In this document: piece after piece, positions 38,850 to 47,875 of the stretch
Numbering within the stretch: position 1 is the stretch's first letter
Layout: each line of letters opens with the position of its first letter
Assembly (NCBI GenBank): GCA_018816805.1
Contig: JAHIVE010000035.1
Coordinates: 37,575 to 101,574 of the forward strand
Length of the DNA: 64,000 nucleotides
Direction of reading: 5' to 3'
Source: Patescibacteria group bacterium
Lineage (GTDB): Bacteria > Patescibacteriota > Gracilibacteria > UBA1369 > 2-02-FULL-48-14
Position numbers and translations under genes: made by a program
Notes under the pieces: model-generated
The model's database searches: none
What the model saw: the letters and a program-made list of their open reading frames with translations, nothing else
Told to the model about the DNA's origin: nothing

Positions 38850-38945
38850 GCGCAAAGATTGCCTGAAAAAAAGGGTGAATGCAATTTGGATTCTTTGGGG
38901 GTGGAGACTTTCGGGTTTGCGGTAATTGGTTTAGAATGTCTGCCG

Positions 38946-40439
38946 ATGAGTACTGCAAAAAAAATCCTTTCGAACACGTTGGTGCAGATGCTGGGACGGG
39001 CGACGATGGCCGTGACAAGCGTGGTGATTTTGAAGGCCATTTCGAATTTTCTCTCTGTTGAAGGGTATGGAATGTACACGGCTATTTATGAATTTCTGGC
39101 GTTTTTTGGGATTGTTGCGGATTTGGGGCTGTTTACAATTGCGGTCCGCGAGATGGGCAAGGGGAAGCGGGACAGAAATTTTGTGGCTGGGAATATTTTA
39201 GGTATGCGAATGATGATGGCGGTTATTGCTATGAGTTTAGCGGTGATCAGTGCATTTTTAATTCCAAAATATCAGGAAACTTATATTCCGGTTGGTGTTG
39301 CGATTGCGTCTATGGCGGTGTTTTTGTCCATTATGCATGGGACAGTTTCCAGCGTTTTGCAGGTTGAGCTCAAAATGGAGCGAGCTACAATTGGGATTGT
39401 TGGAGGAAAGATTTTGTCGCTTGTGTGGATGCTTTCCGTGATTTTTTACTTTTATGCGGATGAGCCGGGAGCGCAGGCGTTTTATCAGCTTTTGGTTGCG
39501 GGGGTTGTGGGAAATTTGTTCGCGTTTTTGTATACGCTGAGGTATGCGCTGAAGTATGCGCGGATAAGGCCGCAGTTTGATAAAGCTTACTGGAGGGAAA
39601 TTATGGTGACGGCGGTGCCTTATGGGGCGGCTCTTGTTTTGAATATGGTTTATTTTAGGATCGACTCAATTATGCTTTTGTTTATGAAGGGGCCAGCGGA
39701 GGTGGGGCTTTATGGCGTGCCAATGCGAATTTTGGAGATTTTGTCTGTGATTCCGGTTTATTTTATGAACAGTGTACTGCCGGTTTTGTCCAAGGCTATG
39801 AATGAGGGGAGTGCGCGGGTTAAGCGGATGCTGCAGCTTTCGTTCGACTTTTTGTTTATGGCGGCGTTTCCAATGGTGGTTGGTCTGTGGATTTTGGCGT
39901 ATCCAATCATTTTTTTGATTTCGGCGCCGGACTTTTTGAGCAATTTGAGCATTGGCTACTACGGGTCTGATATTGCAATGAAAATTTTGGTGGGCGCAAT
40001 GTTCTTTTCTTTTATGAACAGTCTGTTTACGTATTCTTTGGTGGCCGTGAATAAGCAGTCTCACCTTTTGTGGATTAACGGGAGTGCGGCGGCGCTGAAC
40101 GTGGTGGCGAATTTGATTGTAATCCCGGAATGGGGCTTCCGTGGGGCGGCCGCTACAAGTGTTTTCACGGAGGCGTATATTTTACTTTTGGCCTGGCTGG
40201 TTGCGCGGAGGTTTGTTGAGTTTAGGTTGAATTTTTGGCCGTTTTTGAAGTCGGCGGTGGCAGCGCTATTGATGGGCTTGGTTGTGTGGTATTTGAAAGA
40301 CCCAACCTATGAACTTTGGGGACTTGAGAACTTAAATGTGCTGCTTTTGGCGGCAGTGGGAGCCGTGGTTTACGGCTTATTGCTGCTTGGAATGCGGGCT
40401 GTGCCGGAGGAGTTTATGGGGAAATTGAGGCGGTCTTGA
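38946..40439 (+). CDS. polysaccharide flippase (Wzx/MOP family)
   Basis: KILSNT, GYGMY, ADLGL, YFRIDSIML, EVGLYG, NLIVIPEWGFRGAA; start at ATG 38946. Confidence 0.88.
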   Translation: MSTAKKILSNTLVQMLGRATMAVTSVVILKAISNFLSVEGYGMYTAIYEFLAFFGIVADLGLFTIAVREMGKGKRDRNFVAGNILGMRMMMAVIAMSLAVISAFLIPKYQETYIPVGVAIASMAVFLSIMHGTVSSVLQVELKMERATIGIVGGKILSLVWMLSVIFYFYADEPGAQAFYQLLVAGVVGNLFAFLYTLRYALKYARIRPQFDKAYWREIMVTAVPYGAALVLNMVYFRIDSIMLLFMKGPAEVGLYGVPMRILEILSVIPVYFMNSVLPVLSKAMNEGSARVKRMLQLSFDFLFMAAFPMVVGLWILAYPIIFLISAPDFLSNLSIGYYGSDIAMKILVGAMFFSFMNSLFTYSLVAVNKQSHLLWINGSAAALNVVANLIVIPEWGFRGAAATSVFTEAYILLLAWLVARRFVEFRLNFWPFLKSAVAALLMGLVVWYLKDPTYELWGLENLNVLLLAAVGAVVYGLLLLGMRAVPEEFMGKLRRS

Positions 40440-40470
40440 CGCGAAAGCCCGTGTATGGATTAATTTATGC

Positions 40471-40788
40471 ATGGAAAAAGGAACGGTTCTTGGCTTCGAC
40501 CAAACAAAAAGGCGCTATCCATTGCCTGAAGGGGGTGGCGACGGGGTTTTGGTTGATTTCTCGAGGTATGTGTTTGAAGAAGGCGTTAAGGGCGTGCTTA
40601 AGAGAGAAAATGGTGAATGGGTATTTTTTGTTGGGGAAGGCGGGCCCAGGCTCAGGGTTGCGAAGGATGCCGGGGGACTTTCTCCGGATTTTTTGCAGTT
40701 AATTGAAGGTCAGCAGTGCGGGGCGTGGATTTCCCGTGATACTGAAGAAGGCGACTATGTCGCCTTCCAGGTTTGGGCTAGTTTGTAG
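40471..40788 (+). CDS. hypothetical protein
   Basis: 105-aa beta-rich ORF. Confidence 0.55.
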   Translation: MEKGTVLGFDQTKRRYPLPEGGGDGVLVDFSRYVFEEGVKGVLKRENGEWVFFVGEGGPRLRVAKDAGGLSPDFLQLIEGQQCGAWISRDTEEGDYVAFQVWASL

Positions 40789-40794
40789 CTTGAT

Positions 40795-41925
40795 TTATTT
40801 GTTTTCTGATTCTAGGGGCTGAGCCGTTTGTGCAGCGTTGTTTTGTTGCGAGCAAGAATATAAAGCTGCTCCTCCAAGAACTACGGCTGTTGCTCCCGTG
40901 GCAAGTCCCATTGCGGCTAGTGCGCCAATAAGTTGTGCTCTGATTTCTCTTGCTGCTTGACCGCGAAGTGCTGACCTTCTTGTGACTTTTTTATCTGGAG
41001 TCCAGGTGGCTCTTCTTTCGGGGGTTCGTGAAGGAGTTTGCGGCTTTTCAGAGATTTCTCTTGGCTCTGTGGTTTCTTTAGCGGCTACTTGAGCTATTGC
41101 AGCGCGAGCTTGTCCATTGAGGCGGGCCTGCATTTCCCTGGGCTGAAGCCACTCAGTTTGGCCAGGTTTGCCTAAAACTACGACTGGCGCTTCAAGAGGA
41201 TTTGCAACTCTTGCTCGTTTTGCAAGTTCTGCGAGAGCTTTTGGGTCTCTGGGTGCTTGATGCCATTCTGTTGGTGGGCCGGAAAATGCCGGGCCATTGT
41301 CAAATTGGATTGGAAGTTTAGGACGTGGCGGTGTAGCTACAGGACTGTCTGTTGGGTCTTCGGGCATTGTTCGTTCTTCAACTTGAGACGGAGTGTGCCT
41401 TGATTGATCTTTTTCAAGCTGAACAAGGACAGCGTCACATGTGTCAAAGAAAATCCTGGGAAATTTTATTTCAATCTCGCTCCTTAGGTCTAATTTTGCA
41501 TCTCCAAAGGGGTTTTTGCCGGTTATTCGTTCTTCAAAATGTGCGTTTACCTTTTCCATGAGAGACTCTATGAACTGAATCATTCTATGGTCGTTTAAAA
41601 CAAGTTTTGCAAAAACCTCAGCCGGGGTGAGGCTCGAATGTTCTAGCGTTTGAGCTGAAGAATTGATTACGTCAGTCACTCGAATGTCTGCTAGAATTTG
41701 TGAAATTGTGGAATGAAAGGCTTCGAGTAAGTGGTCGTAATATTGGTTGTCGACCGAGCTTTCCTCGTCTAATTCAAGAGGGTTGCTGGGAAGGCCGTTA
41801 ACTGCGTTGATTAGGCGCCTTAAGCTGATTGTTGAGTTTCTGGATGATGATATTGCGGTTCTGACAATTTGAATTAAAGCGTTTCTGGCTAGATGAGCTT
41901 CTGGTGTTCGTTGTGTTTCGGCCAT
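40795..41925 (-). CDS. hypothetical protein with C-terminal TM anchor
   Basis: Helical N-domain, Pro-rich linker, hydrophobic Gly/Ala helix near the C-terminus. Confidence 0.7.
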   Translation of the reverse strand: MAETQRTPEAHLARNALIQIVRTAISSSRNSTISLRRLINAVNGLPSNPLELDEESSVDNQYYDHLLEAFHSTISQILADIRVTDVINSSAQTLEHSSLTPAEVFAKLVLNDHRMIQFIESLMEKVNAHFEERITGKNPFGDAKLDLRSEIEIKFPRIFFDTCDAVLVQLEKDQSRHTPSQVEERTMPEDPTDSPVATPPRPKLPIQFDNGPAFSGPPTEWHQAPRDPKALAELAKRARVANPLEAPVVVLGKPGQTEWLQPREMQARLNGQARAAIAQVAAKETTEPREISEKPQTPSRTPERRATWTPDKKVTRRSALRGQAAREIRAQLIGALAAMGLATGATAVVLGGAALYSCSQQNNAAQTAQPLESENK

Positions 41926-42008
41926 TTTGTTGATTAATGATAGTGTTTGCTAAACAACATAGATACAAAAAAGTTGCACTTTATGTTTGGAGTGGGATTA
42001 TGTGCTTT

Positions 42009-43283
42009 TTATGCGGTTTTGTCAAGGTTCTTGACGAGTTGGCGGAAGGTTTCGCCGCGGACTTTGTAATTTTCGAACTGGTCTAAGGAGGCGCAGGCGG
42101 GGGAGAGGAGTACGACTTCATCCGGGCGGGCGTGCTTTTTGAGGTAGGCGAAGGCGCCTTGGAGAGAATGGACGTGGATGAATTTGTCGGGGTCGTTGAT
42201 TGAGGAGGCGAGGCGTGTGGCAGTTTGGCCAATGAGCAGGACTTTTTTTAGATTTTTGGCGGTTACGACTGCGCGGCCCCAGTCTGTGAAGTCTGAATGT
42301 TTTTCACTGCCGCCGGCTATTAAGTAGAGGGGCTCTTGGAATGCTTTGATGGCCGCAATTGAGGTTTCCGGGGTGGTTGAGAAAGAGTCGTTGAAATATT
42401 GGACCCCCTGATGGGTGGCTACGAACTCTAGGCGATGCGGGAGACCGGTGAACTCGCGTAGGGTTTTTTTGATGGTTTGGGGTTTGACGTTTAGGAGCGT
42501 TGCTGCGAGAGCTGCGGGGAGAACGTTTTCAAGGTTGTGGGCGCCGCGGAGGGCGACGTCTTTGGTGGTGGCAACCTGCTTGCTTAGGACTATTATTTTG
42601 TCATTGTCCAGGTGGGCGCCCTCAACGGGATCTATGGTTGAGTAGTAGAGTTTTTCGCCCGCGCCGAGCTTGGCGAAGGCGCGGGAGCCTTCGTAGTCAC
42701 CGTTTAGGATTGCAAAATCTTCTGCCAGCTGATGACTGACAATAGATTTTTTGGCGTCGTGGTAGGCTTCAACGCTGGGATGATAGTCCAGATGGTCTGA
42801 GGTGGTGTTGAGGACAATTGCAATGTGCGGGCTTTGCGGCAGATCTTCCAGTTGAAAGGAGGAAAGTTCAAGGACGACGAGGCTTTCTTGCGTTAGGTCG
42901 TCAAGGAAATCCAAGGGCGGGTCTCCAATATTGCCGCCAAGGTGGGCGCGGTGGCCTTCGTTTTTCAAAATTTTGTAGAGGAGGGTTGAGGTGGTGCCTT
43001 TTCCTTTTGTGCCCGTGACGCCGATAATGGGGCAGGGGCAGTGTTCGAAAAAGTAGCGCGTAACAGAATTGAGGCGGCTGAGGGAGGCTTGGATTTCAGG
43101 GCGGTCAAAGCGGATGCCGGGGGAGCGGAAAATTGTGTCAAAGGGGGTGAGGTCTTTGAAGGCAGCGGGGTCGTCTTTTTCATCAAGAACGGTTACTTTG
43201 TAGCCGTGTTTTTTGAGGTAGGCTTCTGCGGATTTGCCTTCAATGCCGTGGCCGAGAATGGCGATGTGTAAATTTTTTCCCAT
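42009..43283 (-). CDS. murD: UDP-N-acetylmuramoyl-L-alanine--D-glutamate ligase
   Basis: RSPGI, GVTGTKGKGTT, GGNIG, ELSSFQL, DHLDYH, GLPHRLE, LLSPACAS. Confidence 0.96.
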   Translation of the reverse strand: MGKNLHIAILGHGIEGKSAEAYLKKHGYKVTVLDEKDDPAAFKDLTPFDTIFRSPGIRFDRPEIQASLSRLNSVTRYFFEHCPCPIIGVTGTKGKGTTSTLLYKILKNEGHRAHLGGNIGDPPLDFLDDLTQESLVVLELSSFQLEDLPQSPHIAIVLNTTSDHLDYHPSVEAYHDAKKSIVSHQLAEDFAILNGDYEGSRAFAKLGAGEKLYYSTIDPVEGAHLDNDKIIVLSKQVATTKDVALRGAHNLENVLPAALAATLLNVKPQTIKKTLREFTGLPHRLEFVATHQGVQYFNDSFSTTPETSIAAIKAFQEPLYLIAGGSEKHSDFTDWGRAVVTAKNLKKVLLIGQTATRLASSINDPDKFIHVHSLQGAFAYLKKHARPDEVVLLSPACASLDQFENYKVRGETFRQLVKNLDKTA

Positions 43284-43321
43284 GTGCTTTGCTGCCCGGA
43301 TTCTATCACAAAAATTGCTGA

Positions 43322-44041
43322 TTATTTAGAGTCTAGTTCGGTAAGTTTGTTGAAAAGCATTTCAAGTGCGGCGTCGACGGCCATTTGTGGATTTTCGAAG
43401 GCATGCTGTGAGTCTTCGTTTGCAATAATTGCAAAGCTGTTCTTTCTCTGTCCTTTCCAGGGGTCACAGGCAATAAGATAACCGCTGTACCAGACGTCTT
43501 CCTCATTTTTGCGGTTAAATAAAATGCTCACTTCTGCGGGTTGGTCGTTGCAGTCACGATCAAGGCCATAGTGGCGATCAAGCTTGCTTATGAGGACAAA
43601 AGATGTGGTTTCTTTGCCGTCTTTTGTTTTAATAAATTGCCAATTGTTTATGGTGGAAACGAGCGGCTGAGATGCGTTGAAGCTCAGGCCCTCTGTTAAC
43701 GGCGGTACCAATACATTATTTCCAAAGGCAAGTCCTGCTCCAAGTGTAGCCGTGCCCAAAGCGCCTGTACCCAAGCCTGCTGCTCCAGAAAGCAAAGCTG
43801 CAAAAGCGGCTTTTTTTAGTGAAATTGTTCGCGGAGGCGTTGGTTCTTGTGCTTCAATTATTCGTTTTGCGCCAACAATTTCTCCGGCAACAAGGTCTTG
43901 CGGCGACTGAGCGTCCAGCGCAGCTCCGTCTCTGCCGGTTTTAATAGTCTCTTCTTCATGGGCTTCAGTTCCCCAGCCGGGGTCGTTGAAATCTACTTTT
44001 TTATCGGAAGCGTTTAAGTCGATTGTGGGTTTTTTTGGCAT
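43322..44041 (-). CDS. hypothetical single-TM protein
   Basis: Disordered N-terminus, Gly/Ala-rich TM, small C-terminal domain with two Cys. Confidence 0.7.
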   Translation of the reverse strand: MPKKPTIDLNASDKKVDFNDPGWGTEAHEEETIKTGRDGAALDAQSPQDLVAGEIVGAKRIIEAQEPTPPRTISLKKAAFAALLSGAAGLGTGALGTATLGAGLAFGNNVLVPPLTEGLSFNASQPLVSTINNWQFIKTKDGKETTSFVLISKLDRHYGLDRDCNDQPAEVSILFNRKNEEDVWYSGYLIACDPWKGQRKNSFAIIANEDSQHAFENPQMAVDAALEMLFNKLTELDSK

Positions 44042-44256
44042 CGTTTAGTGGGAAAAGTATGGCTAGGTTGCCAATTGGGCTGCCTTTTGTCAAGCTGCTC
44101 ATGCTATTTACATCAGGTTTGGGTTTTGCTATACTTATTGTGAGGTAGAAAAAACGAGGGAAGAAGACAAATTAACTAATTAATGATAAAACGAAGAAAA
44201 TTCGACCAAAAATAACCTGTTCGCCAAAAAAGGCGGGCTTTTAACAATAAAAAAAT

Positions 44257-46149
44257 ATGAACAGTAAAATGGATAAATTATCGAAGTGGCTCAAATCAAC
44301 CGTGCAGGGCGGGGATACTGCTCCACTAGAGGCTAAGAAGCCCGAAAACAAACCTACAAATAAACCTTATAAAAAGCCGTACAAAAAGCCTCAAAAACAA
44401 CAGGGGTCGCATGGAAAAAACAAACCACAGCAGAGGGGGAGAAAGCAGCCTTCGACAAGTAGGAAGCCGTCATTTATGCCGGTACACCGCAATGTTCTCA
44501 GGGTAATCCCAATTGGCGGGCTTGAAGAGGTGGGGAAGAACTCAATGGTTCTTGAATATGAGGAAGATATTTTGGTGATTGATATGGGATTTCAGTTTCC
44601 GGAAGATGAGATGCTTGGAGTGGATTATGTGGTGCCGGACGTGAAGTATCTCACGGAGCGAAAGGACCGAATTAAGGCAATTGTGATTACGCATGGGCAT
44701 ATGGACCACATTGGTGGCCTGCCATATGTTCTTCCGGACCTTGGATTCCCGGATGTTTATGCGCCAAGACTGGCGGCCGGTCTGATTGAGCGGATTTTGG
44801 GTGAGCATAAGATGCTGAAACGAGTGAATTTGAAGGTTATTGATGACAAGCAGGTTTACCGGTTTGGGGTGTTTGAACTGGAGTATTTCCACGTAAATCA
44901 TTCAATTCCGGACTCAAAGGGGCTCACCGTGAGCACGCCGGACGGCTCCAGAATTGTGCATACCGGCGACTTTAAATTTGATTTTACTCCGGCGGATGGT
45001 GTGCCTTCTGATATTGGGAAAATTACTTCCATTGGAAAGAGGGGTGTGAACGTGCTGTTTTCTGATAGTACAAATGCGACCAAGCCGGGACACACGCTGT
45101 CCGAGCGGGTGGTTGCGGAAAGTTTGAGTAGTGCAATTGAGGATGCGGAGGGGCGAATTGTTATTGCTTCGTTCTCTTCTTTGATTGGACGAATTCAGCA
45201 AATTATTGATTTTGCGGCTGAGCATGGTCGGAAGGTTTTCTTTTCCGGTCGCAGCATGATTCAGAATGTGGAAATTGCCAGGCGACTTGGGTTTATGAGG
45301 TTTACGGACAGTCTTGTTCGGCCAATTCAAGAAGTAAATAATTTTGCTCCAAACCAGGTTTTGGTGATTACGACCGGCAGCCAAGGTGAGCCTATGGCGG
45401 CTTTGTCACGCATGGCGAATGACAGCCATGCACAGGTAAAAATCCAGAAAGGCGACACTGTTGTTGTGAGCGCTTCTCCAATAATGGGGAACGAGATGGC
45501 GGTTGCGTTTTTGGTGGATAAATTGGCGCGACTGGGGGCGCGAGTGATTCATAATGCAATTATGGATATTCACACTTCCGGGCACGGGAACCAGGAGGAT
45601 TTGAAGATGATGATGAGCCTTGTTCGTCCGGACCATTTGGTGCCAATTCATGGAAATTACTACATGAGGTCTGCGCATGCGGAGCTTGGGCGGCAGATGG
45701 GGCTTACAGATTCTAACGTGCATTTGATGGATAACGGGAATGTTATTGAGGTTCGAAAAGGCGCGGTTTCGTTCAAGAAAGAGGATATTAAGGTTAAGTA
45801 TGTGGTTGTGGACGGGCATGGAGTGGGAGATCTTGGTTCGCAGGTTTTGAAGGACCGCGAGGCTATGGCAGAGAATGGCGTGGTGACGATTTTGTTTAAG
45901 GTTCGCGGGAAAAAGATGGTTGGGAATCCGGTTGTGATTACGAACGGATTTGTATACCAGAAAGAAACCGAGAAGATTGTGGCGGAAATTGAGCGTGAAG
46001 CGCGGAAGGCGTTTAATGATTTTCATAAGACGCGGCCGGCCGGGAAAACGGGAGATCTTGAGCGGCACATTAAAAGTGCGGTTTTGGGATATATTGTGAG
46101 GCGGCTGGACAGAAGGCCGCTGGTTTCTCCGCACATGGTGAGGGTGTGA
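44257..46149 (+). CDS. rnj: ribonuclease J
   Basis: GGLEEVGKN, THGHMDHIGG, HTGDFK, DSTNA, TGSQGEP, HTSGH, PIHG; basic disordered N-terminal extension. Confidence 0.97.
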   Translation: MNSKMDKLSKWLKSTVQGGDTAPLEAKKPENKPTNKPYKKPYKKPQKQQGSHGKNKPQQRGRKQPSTSRKPSFMPVHRNVLRVIPIGGLEEVGKNSMVLEYEEDILVIDMGFQFPEDEMLGVDYVVPDVKYLTERKDRIKAIVITHGHMDHIGGLPYVLPDLGFPDVYAPRLAAGLIERILGEHKMLKRVNLKVIDDKQVYRFGVFELEYFHVNHSIPDSKGLTVSTPDGSRIVHTGDFKFDFTPADGVPSDIGKITSIGKRGVNVLFSDSTNATKPGHTLSERVVAESLSSAIEDAEGRIVIASFSSLIGRIQQIIDFAAEHGRKVFFSGRSMIQNVEIARRLGFMRFTDSLVRPIQEVNNFAPNQVLVITTGSQGEPMAALSRMANDSHAQVKIQKGDTVVVSASPIMGNEMAVAFLVDKLARLGARVIHNAIMDIHTSGHGNQEDLKMMMSLVRPDHLVPIHGNYYMRSAHAELGRQMGLTDSNVHLMDNGNVIEVRKGAVSFKKEDIKVKYVVVDGHGVGDLGSQVLKDREAMAENGVVTILFKVRGKKMVGNPVVITNGFVYQKETEKIVAEIEREARKAFNDFHKTRPAGKTGDLERHIKSAVLGYIVRRLDRRPLVSPHMVRV

Positions 46150-46544
46150 AAAATGTGCAAAACCTTGGCAACCATTGTGCAAAGTTTTTGACAAAGTTTT
46201 GCACGACCAAAATTTGGGGGGGCGGTGAGAAGCGGACAATTTGCGGTGTGGTTTTTGCGGGGCGGGGATGATTTTAGTGGAAAAATTGTTTGGTGTGCAC
46301 GTGTTTTGCACTGTGTCTACACTGTTTGCACGAGTTTTGCACAACGGTGCGTCTCAACGGGTTAAAGTTTTGCACAATTGTTTTTGTTCTTCCTGATGAA
46401 ATTAGCTTAGAAAGTATATTTTGCCATAAAAAATATGTGGTTTTTGCGGCTAAAAGGGGGTGGTTGGCAAGATGGTACTAATAACAACTACTCTTTTTAT
46501 ATATTTATTATCTATTAATAAAAAACGCGTGGACATGTGTAAAA
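46145..46544. other. DnaA-box cluster with AT-rich segment (oriC-like)
   Basis: Five TTWTNCACA matches (46145, 46154, 46335, 46368, 46536), several 1-2 mismatch boxes, and an AT-rich run at ~46494-46525 upstream of dnaN. Confidence 0.7.
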
Positions 46545-46592
46545 AAATTTGATTCCATTAAGGAAGATTTCTTCGCTTTAAAAACACAAAAT

Positions 46593-47696
46593 ATGAAACT
46601 TTCTTGTTCACAGAATGACCTTTCTTCGGCACTTTCAGTTGTTAACAGAGCCGTTTCACAAAATAACACTTTGCCGGTTTTGAACAATATTTTACTTAGG
46701 GCTGAAAAAGGAAGACTTTCTTTAAGTTCAACGAATTTGGAGATTGCAATTAATGCAACAATTGAAGCTAATATTAAAACGGAAGGATCAATAACTGTTC
46801 CTGCAAAGACCATTAATTCTTATGTTCCGCTTTTGAAAGATGAATCGGTTGGGCTTTCGCTCAAAGGAGAAACCACTCTTGAGATTGAATCATTGGGGTC
46901 TGACACAAAAATGAAAGGAATTCCAAGCGAAGAGTTTCCGAGCCTGCCAAAAATTGAAGGAGCTCAAAGTTTCTTTTTGCCGGCCGCTGCACTTAAGGAT
47001 GCAATTGAACAGGTTGCATTTTCGGCATCAACAAATATTTCAAGACCGGTTTTGACAGGCGTTTTGTGGAAAATTGATGGTGACAAAATGAGGCTAGTCG
47101 CGACCGATTCATATAGACTTTCTGAAAAAACTTTGGTTTTTGAGAAGGACACGGGAGTTAAAATGGAAATGATTGTTCCTTCTCGCACTACGCAGGAGCT
47201 TGCAAAGATTTTAGCGGGCAGCGAAGAGAAAGAATTGGAGGTTTTAGCCAGCAAGAATCAGGTTATGTTTAAAATTGGTGGAATTGAGGTTATTTCTAGG
47301 TTGATTGACGGAAACTATCCGGACTATGAGAAGATATTGCCGGAAAGTTCTAAGGTTGTTGCTAATCTGAAGGCGGATGATTTTGCGTTGGCACTAAAAA
47401 AAGTTTTGGTGATTGTTAAAGAAAACAACAACAGCGTTAGGATTAGGGTTTCAGGAGACAAGCTTATGATTTTGAGTGACGAAACACAGGTTGGGGAAGG
47501 TAATGTGGAGTTGGCTTTAGGCTCAAAAAGTGGGGAGGCGGAAGTTGCTCTAAACGCACAATATTTGGTGGATGTTTTGGGACACATTGGGGGGGCGGAA
47601 GTAAATTTTGGCTTGAATGATGGCCTGTCACCTGTTATGGTTGTGCCTGCAACTTCAGAAGATTATGTGCATATCATTATGCCGCTGAAGATTTAA
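46593..47696 (+). CDS. dnaN: DNA polymerase III beta clamp
   Basis: LPVLNNILL, STNLE, SRPVLTGV, VATDSYRL, SRLIDGNYPDY, IMPLK. Confidence 0.98.
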   Translation: MKLSCSQNDLSSALSVVNRAVSQNNTLPVLNNILLRAEKGRLSLSSTNLEIAINATIEANIKTEGSITVPAKTINSYVPLLKDESVGLSLKGETTLEIESLGSDTKMKGIPSEEFPSLPKIEGAQSFFLPAAALKDAIEQVAFSASTNISRPVLTGVLWKIDGDKMRLVATDSYRLSEKTLVFEKDTGVKMEMIVPSRTTQELAKILAGSEEKELEVLASKNQVMFKIGGIEVISRLIDGNYPDYEKILPESSKVVANLKADDFALALKKVLVIVKENNNSVRIRVSGDKLMILSDETQVGEGNVELALGSKSGEAEVALNAQYLVDVLGHIGGAEVNFGLNDGLSPVMVVPATSEDYVHIIMPLKI

Positions 47697-47703
47697 TATT
47701 TTG

Positions 47704-47870
47704 AGGACCCTATTAAACGGGGCCCTCGCAAAATAAAAATGAACCTTTTGACCAACTGCTTCGTTAAGACTTCTCAACGTATCTCGTTTGATACGCTTTC
47801 GTCTTCTTGCCCTGTAGTTGGCCAAAATATTTTATTTTTATTAAAACCCGACCCCGTTTAATAGGGTCCT
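47704..47870. mobile_element. 167-nt palindromic element (MITE-like or structured ncRNA)
   Basis: Perfect 19-bp terminal inverted repeat AGGACCCTATTAAACGGGG / CCCCGTTTAATAGGGTCCT plus four nested internal stems. Confidence 0.6.
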
Positions 47871-47875
47871 TTTTT

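Noticed and set aside
38637-38945. N-terminal extension of the flippase ORF
   Set aside because: It overlaps prfB antisense; family similarity and a -10 box support ATG 38946.
44220-44241. Attenuator hairpin before rnj
   Set aside because: Only a 7-bp stem with a short T run and no alternative structure visible.
45406-46344. 312-aa antisense ORF (also 48377-49138 and 50390-51013)
   Set aside because: Shadow ORFs opposite rnj and mfd, explained by codon bias.
47807-47875. Longer mfd N-terminus from TTG 47807
   Set aside because: It lies inside the palindromic element; GTG 47876 is more plausible.
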